Assembly (NCBI GenBank): GCA_963823665.1
Contig: CAWGMQ010000005.1
Location: forward strand, 960,001 to 1,024,000
Reading direction: 5' to 3'
From: an uncultured Planctomycetota bacterium
GTDB taxonomy: Bacteria > Planctomycetota > Planctomycetia > Isosphaerales > Isosphaeraceae
Length of the DNA: 64,000 nucleotides
Numbering within the stretch: position 1 is the stretch's first letter; each line of letters starts with the position of its first letter. A program made the position numbers and the translations under genes. Positions 42,834-51,334 of the stretch are shown piece by piece. The notes under the pieces were generated by a model. That model saw only the letters and a list, made by a program, of their open reading frames with translations, was not told the DNA's origin and did no database searches.

Positions 42834-43637
42834 TCAGACCTTGCGGAACGGGGTGGTCACAGCCTGTCCGCCTTCGGGCAGGTCGATCAGGCTGTAATCG
42901 CCAAAGAGGTTCGGGGCTTCCTGCTGCATCAGCTTGCAAACGGCGACGGCCAGGCGCCGAATTTCGACATCGGCGGCCTGGTCGCCTCGCATCTCGATGA
43001 AATGGCGGAGCGCGCGGGCGTTGGCTGTGACGAAAATCTTCGTTTCGGTTGCATTCGGCAGCACGCTCCGCGCGGCCTCTCTTGCCTTCTTGCGCCTGAG
43101 GGTGCGGTCGTCCAGGTCCTTGAATTTCTCGGTGAGCCGATCCGCGAGCGCTCGATAGGCAATCTGGCTGGCCCGCACCGATTCAACCCAGAGCTGATGC
43201 AGCTCCGGATCCTGCGCGATCACTTCAGGCTCGACGAACGAACATTTGGACTCGTCGACGAACCGCTGGCTCAACTGCGAGAAACCGAAGCCCGCCCGAT
43301 GGCGCACCAGCTCGTGGGTCAAGCTCCGGCTCACGCCGGTGAAGAGCAAGTTAAAGACGGCATGCTCGAGCACCGAGCCATGGCCAACCTCGAGCAGGTG
43401 GTGGATATACGCGTGATTGCCCCCCGGCCGTGGGCGCTGAAACGACATGTAACACACGCGCCCGGCAGTCTCGATGAGCTTCTCGCCGGCGACCTGGGTG
43501 TCGGTCGTCCAGTGCTTCACCTCATGGCCGGAGAGGAACTCGGCGAGGGCCTCTTCATCGATCTCCTGGCGGCCAAGAAGAAAGACGCTGGGCTCTGCGA
43601 TGATTTCCAGTTCAGGTTGCGTTTCGACGTTGGTCAT
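42834..43637 (-). CDS. thyX: FAD-dependent thymidylate synthase
   Basis: GHGSVLEH, SRSLTHELVRHRAGFGFSQLSQR, AREAARSVLP, NARALRHF, EIR. Confidence 0.96.
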   Translation of the reverse strand: MTNVETQPELEIIAEPSVFLLGRQEIDEEALAEFLSGHEVKHWTTDTQVAGEKLIETAGRVCYMSFQRPRPGGNHAYIHHLLEVGHGSVLEHAVFNLLFTGVSRSLTHELVRHRAGFGFSQLSQRFVDESKCSFVEPEVIAQDPELHQLWVESVRASQIAYRALADRLTEKFKDLDDRTLRRKKAREAARSVLPNATETKIFVTANARALRHFIEMRGDQAADVEIRRLAVAVCKLMQQEAPNLFGDYSLIDLPEGGQAVTTPFRKV

Positions 43638-43796
43638 GCCACTCCCTTTTCGTCGCGAACCGCGGATCGTTTTCCATTTGGTGGATTATCGTAGCGTTTT
43701 GCCGCGCAGGGGAATACCGAGCAGCCGTGTTTGGTGGAGCTGACGCGGTAAGCGCTTGCGAGCCTTTGGGTTCGGCACGGCCACTGCCGTAGCGCC

Positions 43797-44561
43797 TTAC
43801 GGTTGGCTTCCTCGGGGGCGGTTCAGCAGTTCGGCACGGATCCAGGCACAGAGCCGACGCTTCCAGGTCGAGCGATCGCTTCTGCTCTCCTTGAGCACCC
43901 AGCGCGCGACCTCATCGAATCTTACCGGCAGAAACACGCTGGACTGCGCGACCGTGTACGTGCCGTCATCATTGAGTCGCTCGATGACAACACTGGAAGT
44001 GTCGAAGCGCCAAACTTCGGTCACACGCATCGCGGCGTAGATCCCGGGACGATCGACTTTGGACGGCGACAAATCGATCTCGATCGCCAAGTCGGGTGCG
44101 GGATAGTCATTGACGTCGCTGGAATTCCGCGCCAGAGATGCGGTGGCGAGAGCGAGCTTGTCGGGTCGGAAGTAAAAGCACTGATCGGCCGCGATCCCGC
44201 GCTCGATTTCCGGCCGATTCCAGGTCGTCGACGCCAGGTTGATGGAATCAATAGCGAGCTCTTCGGCGACCAGGTCAACGAATTTTCCCGCATAGACCTT
44301 GGCATTCTCATGCACCGGGCTCGGTGACATAATCTCCAAATCCTTCCCGTCATAGGCAAGCCGAAGTCCGCCGTGCTCTCCCACGGTCTCGAGGAGCTTC
44401 ATGTAAAAGGCCCAGCCAACGCTCCGGATGACCGCCGGGTTGTCTTGAGCCGCCATGCGGTGCAACGCGTCGAGCGAGGGGACGAGAGGCGTTGTGACGT
44501 CAGCGGGCAACCCGTTTGGCGGCACCGACGGCGAGCTCGCAGGAATCTTTCGCATCGTCAT
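43797..44561 (-). CDS. Uma2 family endonuclease
   Basis: LAYDGKDLEIMSPSPVHE, ADQCFYF, PAPDLAIEIDLS, IYAAMRVTEVWRFD. Confidence 0.9.
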   Translation of the reverse strand: MTMRKIPASSPSVPPNGLPADVTTPLVPSLDALHRMAAQDNPAVIRSVGWAFYMKLLETVGEHGGLRLAYDGKDLEIMSPSPVHENAKVYAGKFVDLVAEELAIDSINLASTTWNRPEIERGIAADQCFYFRPDKLALATASLARNSSDVNDYPAPDLAIEIDLSPSKVDRPGIYAAMRVTEVWRFDTSSVVIERLNDDGTYTVAQSSVFLPVRFDEVARWVLKESRSDRSTWKRRLCAWIRAELLNRPRGSQP

Positions 44562-44673
44562 CTGAAACGTCCTGAGACGCCCTCCAGAGGTCTGCGAGTA
44601 TCACTACTAACTACAATCCAGTTTACCGGAACGCAGCGAATTCGTCAGGCAGCGTCGGCTCGGATTGGTTGAC

Positions 44674-45273
44674 TCAAAGCTTGATCGGCCCGCCGAGGTG
44701 TTCGAGCAGCTCGAACCGGCGTCGCGTGACGAATGCTCGGCTGCGTGGACCCAGGGTATCGAGCTTGTCCCAGAGATCGGTTAGCAAGGTCGGGCTCTTC
44801 GAGGCCTGGATTGCGGCTGTGAATTCCTGATTGGTGCGACGCACCGCCTGGGTGTCGGCTTCGTTCTCGCTCTCGAGGTAGGCGAGGAATGTCAACCAAA
44901 CGGCGCTTGACCACTCAAACGCGTCGGTGTCAGGTGGAGGACAATGCTGCAAGGACTTGATCGTTTCTCTGCCGGCCTCCAGCACTTCTCTGCGCTCCCG
45001 GGCCTTTTTCCCCTCGAACCAGTGATATTTGTTCGCCAGAAGAGCGACAGGCAAGATGGGCAGGCCGACGGTGAAAATGATGAGGCCCTGCAGGAGATTC
45101 CAAGCGGTGCGTAGATTGCGGCTGATACGGCCTTTCGCGGTGTCGACGGCAGGCGATTGGTCCTCATCGTTGCCACACGTGACATAGGGTGGCGGCAAGT
45201 CCAGCGTCCGTTTTAGCACGCGGCTTGCCGCCTCGCGGACCGCTGAAGAGGCGACCCAGCTCAGAGTCGCCAT
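44674..45273 (-). CDS. Hypothetical membrane protein (start uncertain)
   Basis: One hydrophobic segment (LLQGLIIFTVGLPILPVALLA) followed by a helical domain; ATG at 45273 chosen. Confidence 0.5.
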   Translation of the reverse strand: MATLSWVASSAVREAASRVLKRTLDLPPPYVTCGNDEDQSPAVDTAKGRISRNLRTAWNLLQGLIIFTVGLPILPVALLANKYHWFEGKKARERREVLEAGRETIKSLQHCPPPDTDAFEWSSAVWLTFLAYLESENEADTQAVRRTNQEFTAAIQASKSPTLLTDLWDKLDTLGPRSRAFVTRRRFELLEHLGGPIKL

Positions 45274-45700
45274 GGTATCCGTTGCGGCTCCCGTGATTGC
45301 GACATCAACCACGACGGTGTGCTGTTCGATGATGAGCCCAAACCGACCATGAAGCGGGTTTCGATCCCTGGCATCGGCGAGCGTGGTCGCTAACCTGGTG
45401 ATTCCGCGCATGAGCGATCCCGGCAGCGGGATTGGAGAAAAGTCCGTGCCCTGCTCGCCGGCGATCATTCGTCGATGACGCGAGCCCCACGTCAGAGAGC
45501 TGTGGCCTTCGAAGGAGGCGAGAAGCAGTAGATTGGATAGAAAACGGTCGTATAAAGAATTCGTTTTCAGAGGATCAAGGCAATTCATCGGCATCGTGGG
45601 CCTGAGTACCGTGTTACACCGATGTTCCGGTTCTGGATTGTTACAATATAACGTCATTCGTCGAGCGGAGCGTGCGATGCAACATCGGAGACGTCTCGTC

Positions 45701-47680
45701 ATGGCAGGTCAAACGGCTTTCAAGATCATCTGTGCCTTGCTCGTCATTGTTGTTGCACCGTCAGCATATCCGGCACGCGCGGCAGATCAGGGTCCGGCTG
45801 CGAGACCGCGGCCGTTTCGGATCCAGGTGGTTGAAGCGGGGACCGGCCGGGGCGTGCCGTTGGTCGAGCTCAAGACGGTCAACCAGATCCGCTATTACAC
45901 CGACAGCAACGGGATCGTGGCGTTCGACGAGCCCGGGTTATTCAATCAGAAGATCTATTTCTCGATCCGCAGTCACGGCTATGAAGCTGAGAAAGACGGC
46001 CTCGGATATCGAGGTGCGTCTTTTGTGATCACCGAGGGGGGCACAGCGCAGGTGGTGATCCACCGGCTGAACGTTGCGCGCCGGCTGTATCGAGTGACCG
46101 GCGAGGGAATCTATCGTGACAGCGTGCTCACGGGCGACAAGGTGCCGATCCGGGAGCCTTGGCTGAACGGTCAGGTCTTCGGCCAGGACAGTGTGGTGAA
46201 CGCGGTGTTTCAAGGGAAGATCCACTGGTTCTGGGGCGATACGAATCGCCCGGATTATCCCCTGGGTAATTTTCACGTCCCGGGCGCGACGTCGGAACTG
46301 CCGGGACGGGGTGGTCTCGAGCCCGAGGAGGGGGTGAATCTCTCGTACTTCGTCGACGAGAAGGGCTTCGCACGGCCGACGGCCCCGATGCCAGGCGAGG
46401 GGCCGACCTGGATCTCGGGCCTGACCGTGCTCACGGACGATCAGGGCCGTGAGCGAATGTTTGCGTTCTACGCCAAGATCCGGAAGGTGCTCGAGGTCTA
46501 CGAGCGCGGGCTCGTCGAGTTCAATTCCCGGACACAGCGGTTCGACAAGGTCACTCAGTTCCCCGAAGCGTCGCAGTACTCCGGCGAGCACCCGGACGGG
46601 CACGCCTTCTTGCACCAGGCCTATGGAATCAACTACATCTATTATGCAAACCCCTATCCTCTTTTGCGCGTGCGGGCCCACCCGGACCTGCTCAAGGAGC
46701 CCGCGGCGTGTGAGGCTTACACGTGCCTGGTGCCGGGCACGCGGGTGGGCCAGCAGCAGCTCGACCGCGGCCCGGATAAGCGGCTGCGCTACGCCTGGAA
46801 GATCAAGACGCAGCTCCTGCGGCACGATCAGCAGGCCAAGCTGATCGCTTCGCGACGGATCACCGCGGAGGAGTCGCTGCTCAACCTGCGCGACATTGAC
46901 TCAGGCAAGACCGTGGTGGCCCACGGCGGGTCGGTCTACTGGAACAACTATCGCAACCGGTGGGTGATGATCACCGTCGAGTCGTACGGCAGCCCGTCTC
47001 TGCTGGGCGAGGTCTGGTACGCCGAAGGCGACTCGCCGCTGGGGCCATGGGTCTATGCGCGCAAGGTGGTCACGCACGAGAAGTACAGCTTCTACAATCC
47101 CAAACAGCACCCGATGTTCGACAAGGACCGCGGCCGGATCATCTTCTTCGAGGGAACGTACACCACGACCTTCTCGGGCAACCAGGATCCGACACCCCGC
47201 TACGACTACAACCAGGTGATGTACCAGCTTGATCTTTCTGATCCCCGGCTGGCGCTTCCCGTGGCGATCTACCTGTCGCCGGCGAGTGCACGAGCGGCGG
47301 CTCGGCTGGCGCCGTCGGCGGCGCCCAAGGAACGGGAGCCGTCCGGGGGTCGCCGAGTGGCTTTCTTCGCGCCGGATCGTCCTGGAATCGCGACGTTGCC
47401 GGTCTACGAGGAGTACGACATCAAAACCGGCCAAACGCTGCGGGTGGGCACGAGTGGCCAGCCGGGTGAGCCCGGCGGGCCGCAGCCACTATTCTTCTTG
47501 CTTCCGGCGGATTTGAAGGACTATACATCAGCAACCGCGCCGCTTCATGAATGGAGCGCCGAGGGAAGCACGGCTCGCGTTTATTCGACGGACACTCGCA
47601 GCCCGCAAGCGGGCGGCCGATGGACGTCGAAGGTGCTGGGACGGGTTTGGAAGAATCCGTCGAGTTTGCTGGTTTGGTGA
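45701..47680 (+). CDS. Secreted hypothetical protein, probable beta-propeller
   Basis: Signal peptide (KIICALLVIVVAPSAYPARA), Ig-like start (GRGVPLVEL...TDSNG), WFWGDT, aromatic-rich repeats, YNPKQHP. Confidence 0.8.
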   Translation: MAGQTAFKIICALLVIVVAPSAYPARAADQGPAARPRPFRIQVVEAGTGRGVPLVELKTVNQIRYYTDSNGIVAFDEPGLFNQKIYFSIRSHGYEAEKDGLGYRGASFVITEGGTAQVVIHRLNVARRLYRVTGEGIYRDSVLTGDKVPIREPWLNGQVFGQDSVVNAVFQGKIHWFWGDTNRPDYPLGNFHVPGATSELPGRGGLEPEEGVNLSYFVDEKGFARPTAPMPGEGPTWISGLTVLTDDQGRERMFAFYAKIRKVLEVYERGLVEFNSRTQRFDKVTQFPEASQYSGEHPDGHAFLHQAYGINYIYYANPYPLLRVRAHPDLLKEPAACEAYTCLVPGTRVGQQQLDRGPDKRLRYAWKIKTQLLRHDQQAKLIASRRITAEESLLNLRDIDSGKTVVAHGGSVYWNNYRNRWVMITVESYGSPSLLGEVWYAEGDSPLGPWVYARKVVTHEKYSFYNPKQHPMFDKDRGRIIFFEGTYTTTFSGNQDPTPRYDYNQVMYQLDLSDPRLALPVAIYLSPASARAAARLAPSAAPKEREPSGGRRVAFFAPDRPGIATLPVYEEYDIKTGQTLRVGTSGQPGEPGGPQPLFFLLPADLKDYTSATAPLHEWSAEGSTARVYSTDTRSPQAGGRWTSKVLGRVWKNPSSLLVW

Positions 47681-47894
47681 GGCTGCCCCCCGAGGAGTAC
47701 TGCTCAAAAGTCACGTGAAAGCAGGCCTGCTTGGCGTTTGATCAGGCCGTTCCACGTGGGTTTGACGCTTATTGAACAAGAGGGTTCGGTTGCGCGCCTC
47801 TATTTGTTGCGGGCGGCGTGTGGGCCGAGGGGTTTGATCCGGTCAATAGGTGAATCCGAATGCGAGTTCACGGCGGGGCGAGGAGGCTCTCTCG

Positions 47895-49373
47895 ATGAGT
47901 TGGCTCGGGCGCAGATTATTCAATCGCTGGATGGGTGCAATCGTCGCGATGCTCGCTCTATCTTCTTTTCTAATTGTGAGTTATGCCAAAGGGAACATAC
48001 CGTGGCTCGATCGCCGGCCGATGCGCGAGCGTTACCGAGTGTACGAAGCATTCCGGACCGATCTCGCCCCGGTCTTGAATGCTCCCGGGAACCTTGAGAG
48101 TGCGAAACGGACGATGATCCGATGCGAGCTGGAAAACATTGCCGGCCTGACAACCGGCGGCGCGTCGACGATGCTGTCGGTGATACCGGAAGGGTCGGTC
48201 GTCAAGAAAGGGGACGTGCTGGCGACGTTCGATAAGTCCAACTACGAAGAAATGCTGCGTCAGCAAGAGATCACGGTTGAACAGGCGAAAGCCAGCCGGT
48301 TGCAAGCCAAGCTCGATCTTGAAATTGCGCAGTTGGCGGTGAAAGAGTATCGCGAAGGGATTGTCGAAGAGACGGTGAAGGGAATGGAAGGGTCACTGGC
48401 TTTAGCACGCTCGAACCTGTCGTTGGCGGCCGATCATCTGAGCTGGACGGCGAAGATGAAGGAAAAGGGTTACTCGTCGATCGCCGCCATTGTGTCTGAA
48501 AAGATCAGCATGTCGCAGATGCAATTCACGGTCAACAAGCAGCTCTGGGCGATGGACCTCTACCAGCGGTTCACGCAACCAAAGACCGAGAGAACGCTGG
48601 AAAGACAGGTGACTGCCGCCGAGACCACGCTCGCGAATGAAGATCTTCGTTTGCAGCGACAACTTGATCGGCTGAAGGCGCTTACGAAGCAAGTTGCGTT
48701 TTGCACGGTTCGCGCGCCTCACGATGGTGTCTTGTTTTATTACAAGGATCCCAGGTTGCGCGGGCGGAATCAGGTCGTCGTTGAAGAAGGGATGAGCGTG
48801 CGACAGCGGCAGGAGCTGTTTTACCTACCCGACCTGACCGAGCTTGAAGTGCTGATGGCACTCAACGAGTCTGTCGTGAACCGTGTGAGGCTCGGGATGA
48901 AGACGAAGATTCGATTCGAAGCCCTGCCCGAACTGGAGCTGGATGGTGAAGTTGTGTCCATCAGTCAATTTCCTGCCGCCCCAGGTCGAGACGGCGAAGA
49001 CTTTCGCTATTTCATCAGTCGCGTGAAGATCGACAAAAGCGCTCCCGGCCTCACGCCCGGGATGAGCACCAGAATCGACATTTTACTCACCGGACGGCGA
49101 AACGTCGTTGCCGTACCTCTGCAAGCAATCCGGTCGCTCGCAGGTAAGAAGATCTGCTATGTTGTGCACGAGCGCAGCCTGGAGCCGCGGTTGGTCGAAC
49201 TTGGCCAGGACACGACGAGCTTGGTCGAGATCAAGTCCGGGCTGAAGGAGGGCGAGCTCGTTGTGCTCAACCCACCGGCGGCTGATTCGAATGTGGATTC
49301 ATTCTGGAAATCTGTCGATCAAACTAAAGAACGAACCGCCAAGCCTGACACGGTTGCCTCGTCCCGGCACTGA
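47895..49373 (+). CDS. Efflux RND/HlyD periplasmic adaptor subunit
   Basis: N-terminal TM, IPEGSVVKKGDVL, long coiled coil, VRAPHDGV, LPDL, PGMS, GLKEGELV. Confidence 0.9.
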   Translation: MSWLGRRLFNRWMGAIVAMLALSSFLIVSYAKGNIPWLDRRPMRERYRVYEAFRTDLAPVLNAPGNLESAKRTMIRCELENIAGLTTGGASTMLSVIPEGSVVKKGDVLATFDKSNYEEMLRQQEITVEQAKASRLQAKLDLEIAQLAVKEYREGIVEETVKGMEGSLALARSNLSLAADHLSWTAKMKEKGYSSIAAIVSEKISMSQMQFTVNKQLWAMDLYQRFTQPKTERTLERQVTAAETTLANEDLRLQRQLDRLKALTKQVAFCTVRAPHDGVLFYYKDPRLRGRNQVVVEEGMSVRQRQELFYLPDLTELEVLMALNESVVNRVRLGMKTKIRFEALPELELDGEVVSISQFPAAPGRDGEDFRYFISRVKIDKSAPGLTPGMSTRIDILLTGRRNVVAVPLQAIRSLAGKKICYVVHERSLEPRLVELGQDTTSLVEIKSGLKEGELVVLNPPAADSNVDSFWKSVDQTKERTAKPDTVASSRH

Positions 49374-49722
49374 CCCCGACCGAGCAGATCCCAGGGAGAC
49401 GTCCGTTCAACATTGCCGTTGTCTTACCTCTGTTTTACAATTTTGACGATTGGATTGGGGCTTGTCTCGCAAGCCTCTGGTCGAATCTAAAGAATGGTGT
49501 CTCGATCGCTCACCCTACGAATTGCGGAGGGTCGCCGCAACGGCAGATGGACGACCGAGGACATCGTTTCCCACCCCCTCAATGCCTACCCGCTCAACGA
49601 TGTGAATGAGAATCTCACCGATCCCCTTGCCGGGAGCAGGACAGCACCGGACGCGCAGCTTCTCGTGCCGGAATGAAGTAAGAGGATGCGCCGGTCGCAT
49701 GTGAGCAGCCGGAGGCGTCAAC

Positions 49723-49766
49723 TTTGACTTGAGACGTGTCCTAATTTGACTTGAGACGTGTCCTAA
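49723..49766. repeat. Perfect 22-bp tandem direct repeat (TTTGACTTGAGACGTGTCCTAA x2), intergenic
   Basis: 49723-49744 and 49745-49766 are identical. Confidence 0.95.
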
Positions 49767-49832
49767 GCTGACGTGAACAGGATCCCTTGCAAAGGCCTCC
49801 ATCGGAGCATGGCGACGCGAGGAATTATTCGT

Positions 49833-51311
49833 ATGCTGAAGAGAGCGAAATCCACAGGGATTCGAGGTCTATTCCTTTTCGCTATTGTCAGTTGTGCGGT
49901 GATCGCCGCCGGCGCTCTCGTTTTGGTGCGGGTGCGCACTCATGGACGAACGTCTCCGGTGGAACGGTATTTGACGACCAGCGTACGTCGGGCAGATCTG
50001 TTTCCGACGCTGACGGCGAGTGGGCGAGTGGAAAGCTCGAAGCGAACGGTCATCGAGTGCGATCTCGAGAATGTGGCCGTCGGCGTGCGGGGCCAAAGAC
50101 TTGCTGCTGGAGGAGCTGCGATCCTGCTGAGCGTTGTGCCCGAAGGGACGACCGTCAAGCGCGGCGACGTGCTGGCCGTCATCGACTCTTCCGATTACGA
50201 GGAGTTGCTGCGGATTCAAGAAATGGCGGTCGAGCGTTCCGCGGCGGATCATGTCCAGTGCACCCTCGACCTGGAAGTCGCGAAGCTGGCGGTGCGCGAG
50301 TTCGAGAACGGGACCTTGCAGGAGACGATCGAAGACTTCGAGGGGAGGATCATGCTGGCCAGGTCCGACCTGGAACGCGCCAAGGACCGCGTCGCCTGGG
50401 TGCGCCGCATGAAAGAGAAAGGATACATACCGGCCGCGTCGGCGACCGCTGAGGACTTCAAGAGGGAGCAATCGGCGCTGGCGCTTTTCCAGCAGGAATC
50501 GGCTTACGAGCTGTTCACCAAATTCACGGCACCAAAGACAATGAAGGTGCTCCGAGGATCGGTGGCGGCGGCCGACTTGAACCTGAGCTACCAGACGCTC
50601 CGGCTCTCGCGCCATCGAGATCGGTATGCGCTCTTGAAGAAGCAGGTCGACCATTGCACCATCCGTGCGCCACACGATGGGTTCGTGATTTACGCCAACA
50701 ACGCCGATCGTCAGGTGTTTATCGAGCCAGGGATGTCGGTGCGGCAGCGACAGCAGCTTTTCTTTCTGCCCGACCTGACACAGATGGAAGTCGTGGCCCA
50801 GATTCATGAGTCGATTGTCGAGCGGGTCAGGCCTTCGATGCGGGCTCACGTGCAATTTGAGGGCATCGCCAACCAATCGGTCGAAGGCCACGTCACCTCG
50901 ATTGCGCCGATGACCGTGTTCAACTGGCGATCGGACGTGGGGTATTTCCAGGGGATCGTCAAGCTCGACAACGTGCCGCCGGGGCTCAAGCCCGGGATGA
51001 GTGCGGAGGTTGAGATAGCGATGCCACGCCGGGAAAATGTGCTGGCAATTCCGACCGAGGCGATCCTGATCGATCACGGCTACGACGTTTGTTTCGTCGT
51101 GCACGAAGATTCACTCGAGCGCCGGCAGGTGAAGCTGGGAAACACCACGAGCGATCTGGTTGAAGTGACCCAGGGGCTGGAGGCCGGCGAAGAAGTGGTG
51201 CTGAACCCGCAGCCTGATGATCCGGAGCTCGAGCTGCTTTCCCACCACGGAGATTCCGAGTCGGCAACGAACCCCTCGTCGTTCACGGGCTCAGTCGCCG
51301 CATCGCATTGA
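49833..51311 (+). CDS. Efflux RND/HlyD periplasmic adaptor subunit (paralog of the upstream gene)
   Basis: TM, VPEGTTVKRGDVL, IRAPHDGF, LPDL, KPGMSAEV, GLEAGEEV; alternative start at 49809. Confidence 0.9.
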   Translation: MLKRAKSTGIRGLFLFAIVSCAVIAAGALVLVRVRTHGRTSPVERYLTTSVRRADLFPTLTASGRVESSKRTVIECDLENVAVGVRGQRLAAGGAAILLSVVPEGTTVKRGDVLAVIDSSDYEELLRIQEMAVERSAADHVQCTLDLEVAKLAVREFENGTLQETIEDFEGRIMLARSDLERAKDRVAWVRRMKEKGYIPAASATAEDFKREQSALALFQQESAYELFTKFTAPKTMKVLRGSVAAADLNLSYQTLRLSRHRDRYALLKKQVDHCTIRAPHDGFVIYANNADRQVFIEPGMSVRQRQQLFFLPDLTQMEVVAQIHESIVERVRPSMRAHVQFEGIANQSVEGHVTSIAPMTVFNWRSDVGYFQGIVKLDNVPPGLKPGMSAEVEIAMPRRENVLAIPTEAILIDHGYDVCFVVHEDSLERRQVKLGNTTSDLVEVTQGLEAGEEVVLNPQPDDPELELLSHHGDSESATNPSSFTGSVAASH

Positions 51312-51334
51312 TCGGTGTGATGTGATCGGATCGG

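Noticed and set aside
45274..45702. N-terminal extensions of ORFs 44674-45702 (-) and 45533-47680 (+)
   Set aside because: They overlap head-to-head and read as non-protein-like; downstream starts (45273 and 45701) are more plausible.
49374..49720. Long intergenic regions (also 60309-60708) as riboswitch or ncRNA
   Set aside because: Only short hairpins are seen and I recognise no Rfam motif by eye; an Infernal search would be needed.
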